Positions 56,921 to 63,006 of a DNA stretch of 64,000 nucleotides are shown one piece after another. The stretch lies in IMG/VR virus record IMGVR_UViG_3300020048_000012, one strand, 5' to 3'. Each line of letters begins with the position of its first letter. Within the stretch, counting starts at the first letter, position 1. A program made the translations under genes and the position numbers. This stretch comes from a virus. The notes beneath the pieces are model-generated. The model ran no database searches and was not told the DNA's origin. It saw nothing but the letters and a program-made list of their open reading frames with translations.

Positions 56921-57124
56921 TTACGCGTAAGAATAAAACGTCTTAGACTTACCTTTAGAATTAGTTACAACGCTTGTGTTAATCGCGTATCCATGTTCAC
57001 GGATATCGCTAATGCGTGCGCGGACAGCATTTGGCGTAGTCTTAAGGCGTGATGCAAGTTGTGCGACGGTTTGTGTTTTGCCTTCAAGCACGAGAGTTTC
57101 AAAGATTTTGCGTTTAATCGACAT
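56921..57124 (-). CDS. Small winged-HTH DNA-binding protein
   Basis: TVAQLASRLKTTPNAVRARISDIREHGYAI; GAGGA RBS. Confidence 0.75.
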   Translation of the reverse strand: MSIKRKIFETLVLEGKTQTVAQLASRLKTTPNAVRARISDIREHGYAINTSVVTNSKGKSKTFYSYA

Positions 57125-57146
57125 AATATATCCTCTTATAATAAAA

Positions 57147-57220
57147 TGGAGTACTCATAGGGAATCGAACCCTATTACCCGGTTTTGCAGACCGTTGCCT
57201 ATCCAACTGGCTCTGAGTAC
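57147..57220 (-). tRNA. tRNA-Cys (GCA)
   Basis: Loop CTGCAAA, U73, CCA. Confidence 0.9.
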
Positions 57221-57224
57221 AAAA

Positions 57225-57299
57225 TGGTGCCGCTCCTAGGTTTCGATCCTAGTACCAAGGAATTATGAGTTCCCTGCTCTCCCATTGAGCTAGAGCGGC
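57225..57299 (-). tRNA. tRNA-Met/Ile2 (CAT)
   Basis: GGGAA-CTCATAA-TTCCT; CCA. Confidence 0.9.
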
Positions 57300-57307
57300 A
57301 AATAAAA

Positions 57308-57624
57308 TTAACACTTCCACTGGACCAGCCTGGCGTACAGACTGCGGTGGCTCCACCGACAGAAACGTTTATCAGGATTTGAAGAACTTTGATTGCCTCG
57401 AGTCTTTCGACTTGTCAATGGCTAATCGTTGTGCTTTCATGATTTAAACGTTTATCTTTGACACTTAAACTTTGAACTTTAATATTTAAACGTTGAGGTT
57501 CCATATTGGTAGGCATTTCTGCCCGATAGTTCGTTGATTTAAAATATCAATGATTTGTCCATATTTTGATACTGAGGACAATAAGTAAGGCCGTTCTAAT
57601 CTGTTCGGTCCAGCAAAGTGTTAA
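57308..57624 (-). ncRNA. ~315-nt stem-closed RNA with 7-nt repeat core, directly after coiled-coil gene
   Basis: Terminal helix TTAACACTT..CTGGACC/GGTCCAG..AAGTGTTAA; eight heptamers at 57495-57440. Confidence 0.6.
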
Positions 57625-57625
57625 C

Positions 57626-58264
57626 TTAAAAACTGATAGTTGTCTTGGCGTTAACCTCAGACAAAGTGAAATCCAATTCAGTATCGACAAGAGAAATTTC
57701 TTCCTCAAGTGCAGCAATCTTCTCAACAATGTTGACTGGGTCAATCAATGCAGCTTCCTTCATAGCCTTCTGAGGCTTAGCAATTAGGTCATATGAACCT
57801 GCGTCCACCTTGGATTTATCGCTACCATAAATGGTCTTCAAGTTAGAGTCAATGTCTTGCTCCAACTTGGCGTTCAATTGAGACACAAGGCCTTGAGCAC
57901 GAGTTTGTTGAAGACGCATAACATTCAACAGATTACGCTTGCTGTCGATCGAACGCTTCATTTCGATAGCTTCTGCGACAGTCACTTCAATCGAACCAAT
58001 CTTCACTGTCGTGACAGCATTGGACTTAACGATCGCAGCTTTGATTGCGGCACGTTCCTTAAACAGCGAATTCACAGTATCAAAAGAACTCTGGATCTTA
58101 GCCTTAGCCTGATCGACGGACAGTCCTGCCGTATCATTGACCTTCATCTGAGCGTCTTTACCAACACTGACAGTCACAAACATACCGGCACTCGTCGCAC
58201 GAGCAATACGGTCATCGAGACGCTTCAATTCAGCCAAAGCACGAGTTACAGACATTGTGTTCAT
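57626..58264 (-). CDS. Coiled-coil protein (DIP1984-like family)
   Basis: MSVTRALAELKRLDDRI, VTVAEAIEMK, LIDP..I..KI..LEEEI...D..LSEVNAKTTI; start set by AAGGA RBS. Confidence 0.75.
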   Translation of the reverse strand: MNTMSVTRALAELKRLDDRIARATSAGMFVTVSVGKDAQMKVNDTAGLSVDQAKAKIQSSFDTVNSLFKERAAIKAAIVKSNAVTTVKIGSIEVTVAEAIEMKRSIDSKRNLLNVMRLQQTRAQGLVSQLNAKLEQDIDSNLKTIYGSDKSKVDAGSYDLIAKPQKAMKEAALIDPVNIVEKIAALEEEISLVDTELDFTLSEVNAKTTISF

Positions 58265-58296
58265 TTTCATTTCCTTCATAGTTAAACGTTGATTAT

Positions 58297-58375
58297 TGGT
58301 ACCCAAGAGGAGACTCGAACTCCTAACTTTTCTTCGTTCTTAGCGAAGCGCCTTTTCCAATTTGGCAACAAGGGC
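58297..58375 (-). tRNA. tRNA-Leu (AAG)-like, two acceptor mismatches
   Basis: CTTCG-CTAAGAA-CGAAG; Leu-type D loop; CCA. Confidence 0.55.
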
Positions 58376-58381
58376 ATTATA

Positions 58382-58456
58382 TGGTACCTCTGCCAGGAAT
58401 TAAACCTGGATCTGAACCTTCGCAGGGTTCTGTGATATTCATTTCACTACAGAGAT
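58382..58456 (-). tRNA. tRNA-Arg (GCG)
   Basis: GAACC-CTGCGAA-GGTTC; CCA. Confidence 0.78.
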
Positions 58457-58462
58457 AAATTC

Positions 58463-58610
58463 ATTATTGTTAAGAGTTATCATGCAAATTTAGGAGTGAG
58501 GTGCTTCCTCTCCAAAGCCGATGCAGTTATATTAGGATCAGTCGCCGGCCGCTTTGACCCGAATAGATTACACGTCTGTAATCGATACCTTGATAACGCT
58601 TAACAATAAT
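58463..58610 (-). ncRNA. Stem-closed ncRNA cassette E
   Basis: 20-nt terminal inverted repeat, 19/20. Confidence 0.5.
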
Positions 58611-58681
58611 AAAACACATTAGGAGTCCTATGGAGGGGAGATTATGACCTTCGGAACAACCCTAAGAACTAACGTGTTTTA
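58610..58681 (-). ncRNA. Stem-closed ncRNA cassette F
   Basis: 13-nt terminal inverted repeat, 12/13 (G.U on minus strand). Confidence 0.45.
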
Positions 58682-58822
58682 ATAAATCAGAGGCTGGTCT
58701 AAGATGTCACAGAATCGAACTGTAAAACCATCATCTTAAAGAGCGCGGAGTTTCTAGCTACTCATTGCTCCACTCGGCCGAGTTAACCCGTTACATGCGC
58801 TAACACATAACACCTCTAAACT

Positions 58823-58900
58823 TGGTGTGAGCATCCGGATTCGAACCGGAGTATCTGAGTTGGCAACCCAGGACATTAGACCAAACTATGCTATGCCCAC
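58823..58900 (-). tRNA. tRNA-Gly (GCC)
   Basis: CTGGG-TTGCCAA-CTCAG; A73; CCA. Confidence 0.85.
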
Positions 58901-58907
58901 GAAAATA

Positions 58908-58982
58908 TGGTGCTCCCATAAGGACTTGCGCCCTACTCTGAGGCTTACAAAACCCCTGCATCGCTATCTATGCTTTGAGAGC
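58908..58982 (-). tRNA. tRNA-Thr (TGT)
   Basis: GGGGT-TTTGTAA-GCCTC; T-loop CGCAAGT; CCA. Confidence 0.78.
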
Positions 58983-59109
58983 AGATCCAACTGTGAACTT
59001 ATGCTAAGCCGTTGGCGCTTTCGCAGCCAGATCAAGGTTCTGGAAGACCTAAATTGGTGGGATCAGTTTCACAGTCGTCCCGGCGTGTAGGATATACTAC
59101 AACTATATC

Positions 59110-59180
59110 TGGATGCGGGTGAAGGGCACGATCCTTCTGGGCCGAGCTTATGAGACTGGCCGATCACCTGAATACCCGCA
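59110..59180 (-). tRNA. tRNA-Met (CAT)-like with reduced D-arm
   Basis: Perfect 7-bp acceptor, CTCATAA loop, 71 nt, CCA. Confidence 0.5.
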
Positions 59181-59236
59181 ATATTTTGTTTATTGATTAA
59201 TTATACAACAATTTCTATTTAATAGAAAATCTAATT

Positions 59237-59311
59237 TGGCTCCCCAGGAAAGGTTCGAACTTCCGACCAAGTGATTAACAGTCACCTACTCTACCACTGA
59301 GCTACTAGGGA
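59237..59311 (-). tRNA. tRNA-Asn (GTT)
   Basis: Canonical; G73; CCA. Confidence 0.93.
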
Positions 59312-59413
59312 ATAATAAAAATGTAGTGTAACTGGAGTCTTAATTACCAGTATAGCGCAGGCGCACGCGGGAGACTAATCATCTCAGGCAAGTGATAACG
59401 CCTACTACAAAAT

Positions 59414-59499
59414 TGGCTCCACGGGTAGGGATCGAACCTACGATTGTCAAAAGACGACTGGTTAACAGCCAGCTGCATTACCTCTCTGCGCACCGTGGA
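59414..59499 (-). tRNA. tRNA-Asn (GTT) with long variable arm
   Basis: GCTGG-CTGTTAA-CCAGT plus GTC-TTTT-GAC extra arm; G73; CCA. Confidence 0.8.
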
Positions 59500-59587
59500 A
59501 TAAAATTCATTGAATCGATTCGGAATTTAACCGCTCTGTTTCCTCTTTCGAGTGAAGGCTCGTTCGACACCTCCCAGATCACTTATT

Positions 59588-59661
59588 TGGTTGGTCTGTT
59601 ACGAATTGAACGTAAATCGGTCGCTTATAAGGCAACTGCTCTCCCATTGAGCTACAGTCCA
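59588..59661 (-). tRNA. tRNA-Ile (TAT)
   Basis: GTTGC-CTTATAA-GCGAC; CCA. Confidence 0.8.
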
Positions 59662-59669
59662 ATAAATTT

Positions 59670-59744
59670 TGGTACCTGGTGTTGGTTACGCTCCAACTAC
59701 AAACGCCTTATCAAGACGCTACCTCGCTATTCGGTCTACCAGGC
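59670..59744 (-). tRNA. tRNA-Ile (GAT)
   Basis: GCGTC-TTGATAA-GGCGT; T-loop AGCGTAA; CCA. Confidence 0.82.
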
Positions 59745-59769
59745 ATGCGGACCCAGATTTATGTCATTA

Positions 59770-60010
59770 GGCCCATTAGACAGAGGTCTCTTGAGTTTAG
59801 ATAGTCAAGCTATCAAAGCGAGTTGGAGACACTGCTTATACATTTGAGTTCCCGTTTGTCATTGTGGCACGGGTCGCCTTGACGTCCTCAAAAAGGTTCT
59901 CAGAAACTGTGTTAACAGTCTTGTCTCGTAAGAAGGAGATCTTGCGTGTTCGTGTGAAAAAGCCCAATCAGTTGGCACTACTTGCGACTCGACTTCTACG
60001 TCTATCTGAA
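59770..60010 (-). ncRNA. Candidate RNase P-like RNA, possibly circularly permuted
   Basis: P4-like AAG-T-CGAGT / ACTCG-CTT helix with bulged U; P5-like GTCGC/GCGAC; P15-like CCCGT/ACGGG followed by GAACTCAAATG. Confidence 0.5.
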
Positions 60011-60013
60011 ATT

Positions 60014-60090
60014 TGGAGCGTCCACCCGGATTCGAACCGGGACCATCAGCTTGGAAGGCTGTCATGCTAGCCGTTAAACACCATGAACGC
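60014..60090 (-). tRNA. tRNA-Gly (TCC)
   Basis: Loop CTTCCAA; U73; CCA. Confidence 0.92.
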
Positions 60091-60096
60091 AAAACT

Positions 60097-60222
60097 TGGT
60101 GTGTAGAGTAGGTCTCGAAGCCTACAAATAGTACCATACTCTGAGTCGTTAAACTCATATCAGAATCGAACTGAATGACCAGGCTCATCACCCGGCGCGT
60201 TTACCAATTACGCCATCTACAC
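60097..60222 (-). ncRNA. 126-nt giant tRNA-like RNA (Leu-type frame, multi-hairpin variable region)
   Basis: 7-bp acceptor plus ACCA; D and T arms intact; loop TGATGAG; three extra hairpins, one a second TTCGATT T-arm. Confidence 0.7.
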
Positions 60223-60230
60223 ATAAAAAC

Positions 60231-60305
60231 TGGTATCCCGTATCGGTTATGCTCCGATCTCAGTAGGGTGAAGGCCTACTTGCCACACTAGCTGCATCAC
60301 GGGAT
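60231..60305 (-). tRNA. tRNA-Glu (TTC)-like with C33
   Basis: GTAGG-CCTTCAC-CCTAC; T-loop AGCATAA; CCA. Confidence 0.65.
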
Positions 60306-60314
60306 ATAAAAACT

Positions 60315-60389
60315 TGGCGATCTTAGCCGGTAACGATCCGGCTCTTCCTCTTAGACAGAGAGGTGTGCGTCCATGAACACTTTAAGACC
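60315..60389 (-). tRNA. tRNA-Asp (GTC)
   Basis: CCTCT-CTGTCTA-AGAGG; G73; CCA. Confidence 0.88.
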
Positions 60390-60394
60390 TAAAA

Positions 60395-60745
60395 TTCAAG
60401 TCACAACCATTGGGACTCATACCCATTCTATAAAGTGTACCAGTGTGACCAGCGTACACGAAGTTTACTCATGGGCATTTACTTTCCCATTAATTCTTAA
60501 ATTAGGTCGGGAATACACGGCGTTAGAAATAAAGTGGCTCTCGGTTTCGAATCAAAAGCGTATGAATATAACTTCTGTCCCTAGGCAGTCTTTCCGCCGA
60601 CAATGTGTTTCAAACCCCTACTGGACCGACTTACTCTCGCATCGTCAATGATCTGTGGCTTAGTACGTCCAGCATTATTGAAGACCTCCCAGTCTCGGAA
60701 GGCTCGGCACCCATCTACTCATCCTACTAAACATTGTCTTAGTAA
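60395..60745 (-). ncRNA. Candidate large structured RNA
   Basis: No credible CDS; helices CTGGAC/GTCCAG, GTCGG/CCGAC, GGCGG/CTGCC, GTGTAC/GTACAC. Confidence 0.35.
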
Positions 60746-60747
60746 CT

Positions 60748-60824
60748 TGGCTCCCGTGGCACTCATCGCATAGTGCGTTATCTAACCATTGGCTAAGGTC
60801 CGCGCAGACCCGCTAAACACGGAA
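60748..60824 (-). ncRNA. tRNA-like RNA with CCA and non-canonical anticodon arm
   Basis: Acceptor TTCCGTG/CACGGGA-G-CCA; GCACT/AGTGC and GGTC/GACC arms; anticodon unreadable. Confidence 0.5.
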
Positions 60825-60831
60825 ATAAAAT

Positions 60832-60917
60832 TGGTGGAGTTTGTCACAGGCTTTCACTGTGATTTGCTCAGCTAAGTTATAGCTGCTTTCGTCCTATATG
60901 TTACGTATTCAAACCCC
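60832..60917 (-). ncRNA. tRNA-like RNA with Ala-type acceptor (G3.U70), 8-bp acceptor, 6-bp T-stem, AAC loop
   Basis: GGGGTTTG/CAAACTCC-A-CCA; CAGCT-ATAACTT-AGCTG. Confidence 0.6.
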
Positions 60918-60983
60918 ATAAATTGGTGGACCCCTGTTTCTATGCCTGGGCCCATTGATAGAGTATCTACTATCAGCATGTTT

Positions 60984-61059
60984 TGGTGGAGGTGAGGAGG
61001 ATCGAACTCCTATCTAAGCATTGCAAGTGCTCCGTGTAACCCATTATCACTACACCCCC
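60984..61059 (-). tRNA. tRNA-Ala (TGC)
   Basis: G3.U70; loop CTTGCAA; CCA. Confidence 0.92.
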
Positions 61060-61065
61060 AAAAAC

Positions 61066-61137
61066 TGGTGGACCTATGGGGAATCGAACCCCAAGCATGG
61101 CATTGCAAGTGCCTTTCCCGTCCCATACGGTAAGCCC
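61066..61137 (-). tRNA. tRNA-Ala (TGC), compact D-arm
   Basis: G3.U70; loop CTTGCAA; 72 nt; CCA. Confidence 0.75.
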
Positions 61138-61253
61138 AAAATAAAAGTAACGGTATATGGATTCTTTCCCGTCAGTTGCAGAATTGAACTTTCGAACAAT
61201 CGCCACATTCCAAGTACTCCGTGAAAGGGAGGATGTATCTGCATCTTATAAAC

Positions 61254-61329
61254 TGGTCAGTGATGTTGGTCCCGCCCCAACGGCCTCTCGCTTCCAAAAC
61301 GAGTACTCTACTAGCTGAGCTAATCACTG
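61254..61329 (-). tRNA. tRNA-Pro (TGG)
   Basis: Loop TTTGGAA; T-loop GGCGGGA; CCA. Confidence 0.82.
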
Positions 61330-61434
61330 TAAATTCTTGCTGTGGTAGCTAATACCTCAAGCACAAGCAGTGCATCCCAGTTACGCTGGTTCGTTTATGC
61401 AAGGGCGAGTTTGCTTACGCCTTAGAGTGCTCAT

Positions 61435-61510
61435 TGGTCTCCATACGAGGATTTGAACCTCGGCTTCTTGGTCCCAAACCAAGTGCGCTACCAGGCTACG
61501 CAATACGGAG
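61435..61510 (-). tRNA. tRNA-Pro (GGG)
   Basis: CTTGG-TTTGGGA-CCAAG; CCA. Confidence 0.9.
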
Positions 61511-61516
61511 AAAATC

Positions 61517-61602
61517 TGGTGGATGCGGTAGGATTCGAACCTACAAGTCCGTGAGGAGCCGGATTTACAGTCCGGGGAGCCAACCAATTGCTCAACACAT
61601 CC
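61517..61602 (-). tRNA. tRNA-Tyr (GTA)
   Basis: CCGGA-CTGTAAA-TCCGG; long variable arm; CCA. Confidence 0.92.
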
Positions 61603-61609
61603 AAAATTA

Positions 61610-61721
61610 ATTATACATAAACATACTCGCATCTGCCTTTGGAGCCGCGTGTTCCTCCCCTTGTTTTACCACAGGATCCTGTGGAGGAGTGTGCACATTT
61701 ACACCAATGTTTATGTATAAT
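61610..61721 (-). ncRNA. Stem-closed ncRNA cassette G (112 nt)
   Basis: Perfect 15-bp terminal inverted repeat. Confidence 0.5.
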
Positions 61722-61831
61722 CATATTGAAACATATTCCAGGGGGATTCGCACTTGCCTTTTCTTCAGTAAACACTGACCCTGCATCTTAAATCAATAAG
61801 AGGAACCTAACAAAATATGTTTCAATATGAT
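61720..61831 (-). ncRNA. Stem-closed ncRNA cassette H (112 nt)
   Basis: Perfect 18-bp terminal inverted repeat. Confidence 0.5.
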
Positions 61832-61924
61832 CCCGAGGGTATCTCGGTAAATTGAGTAGCATTCCAGCGACAGTCCGATTACCAGTCGGATGCCTGCATC
61901 TCTACACAATCATTATCATATTCA

Positions 61925-62295
61925 AATGCTCCGGGAATACTGAAGGGCATTCTTAGCATCTCTCTTTCCACAGTATAAGACGAATGGAAGATTGCTTAAC
62001 TCACCCCATGTTCAAACCAAAACACTTGAATATGATTCCTGAAGCAGTGAACCAGCACACGTGTCCGGCGCTTACTTCAGGATATCATGAAAAATCATCA
62101 AATTTTGAAAGAACAAATCGGGATATCTTACGATACATTACATGCAACAAGGATCGACCAAGCCGCAAACTTTCGTTCACCTCATCAAACATCATTTCTG
62201 TGTTCAACTACCTTAGTGCGCCACTTAGTGGACTACACTCAGAACCCGATTAAAATTTTAAAGAATCTTTCTTGAAGTCCCGATCAACTTCTAAG
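61925..62295 (-). ncRNA. Candidate large structured RNA directly after a promoter
   Basis: AATCGGG/CCCGATT domain closure, TCCTGAAG/CTTCAGGA long hairpin, TTCAA/TTGAA hairpin; no credible CDS. Confidence 0.4.
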
Positions 62296-62300
62296 ATTTT

Positions 62301-62329
62301 ATTATACCACATTTACTAATTAAAGTAAA
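62301..62329 (-). promoter_or_regulatory. Early promoter GTTTACT-17-TATAAT (T4-like -35)
   Basis: Matches T4 early GTTTAC box. Confidence 0.8.
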
Positions 62330-62495
62330 CAAGTATTTTAAAAATTGTGATACGCTTGGTGTGAAACAAGTCGTCTTTATGTGCGTTCTTTTTTGGCTAT
62401 ACCTGCGAGTTTCACGCAGCGTCAATAAACACATAAATTTCACAATTTTTAAAGAACTTCCAAGCAAACTCGATGGTTTGTTTGTTTATGGATTT

Positions 62496-62524
62496 ATTAT
62501 ACCACGAAGTCTATTTAATGTACA
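62496..62524 (-). promoter_or_regulatory. Early promoter TGTACA-17-TATAAT
   Basis: Exact family match. Confidence 0.85.
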
Positions 62525-62655
62525 CCGTTTTATGCATTATTTTTAGTGCTTCAGGTGACTTCAAGAGACTTACGTTGGTATACTTACACTTGCCCGATGA
62601 ACAATGACGTACGTACACTTGATGCACATAAGTTGTTGATTTATATAGGCCTAAA

Positions 62656-62730
62656 TGGCATCCCGACTAGGACTCGAACCTAGACATGCAGTTTTGGAGA
62701 CTGCAGTGCTGCCAATTACACTATCGAGAT
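62656..62730 (-). tRNA. tRNA-Trp (CCA)
   Basis: GCAGT-CTCCAAA-ACTGC; G73; CCA. Confidence 0.92.
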
Positions 62731-62746
62731 ATGAAAATACAAAGGG

Positions 62747-62818
62747 GTGACCTATGGGGAATGCTCCCATTCTATCGCTTTCACAGAGCGAGGTGCGAAA
62801 CTTTTACACTAAGGTCAC
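62747..62818 (-). tRNA. tRNA-His (GTG), no encoded CCA, inside an extended terminal stem
   Basis: TCGCT-CTGTGAA-AGCGA; C73; flanks AATACAAAGG/CCTTTGTATT pair. Confidence 0.6.
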
Positions 62819-62836
62819 ACCTTTGTATTCTAAACT

Positions 62837-62913
62837 TGGTGCGTCTGGAGGGATTTGAACCCCCAACAGTTCGGGTAGAAGCCGAGTACTCTATCCAGTT
62901 GAGTTACAGACGC
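62837..62913 (-). tRNA. tRNA-Arg (TCT)
   Basis: Loop CTTCTAC; CCA. Confidence 0.92.
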
Positions 62914-62920
62914 AAATTCT

Positions 62921-62997
62921 TGGTGCCCGAGGTCAGATTCGAACCGACACGATTTTGATTTTGAATCAAACGCCTCTACCAATTGGGCTACACGGGC
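62921..62997 (-). tRNA. tRNA-Leu (CAA), short variable loop
   Basis: TTTGA-TTCAAAA-TCAAA; A73; CCA. Confidence 0.85.
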
Positions 62998-63006
62998 AAA
63001 TATTCT

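Noticed and set aside
58989-59075. Additional short structured spacers (also 59322-59408, 59500-59585, 61335-61432)
   Set aside because: Hairpins are visible, but closing stems are short (8 bp or less) and could be chance or processing spacers; not enough to call.
59745-60010. Group I intron
   Set aside because: It lies between two complete tRNAs rather than interrupting a gene; I could not find the P7 G-binding motif; the RNase P P4 pattern fits better.
60097-60222. Hammerhead ribozyme (TGATGAG)
   Set aside because: Lacks the leading C of CUGAUGA and the GAAA strand; the context is a tRNA frame.
60231-60305. Opal-suppressor or Sec tRNA (loop contains TCA)
   Set aside because: With the perfect GTAGG/CCTAC stem, positions 34-36 are TTC; a TCA register breaks the stem, and there is no long arm.
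55770-62958. ORF-track entries in the tRNA cluster (e.g. 58827, 59392, 59859, 60373, 60973, 61381, 61984, 62686)
   Set aside because: They overlap tRNAs or structured RNAs, lack an RBS and lack recognisable motifs.
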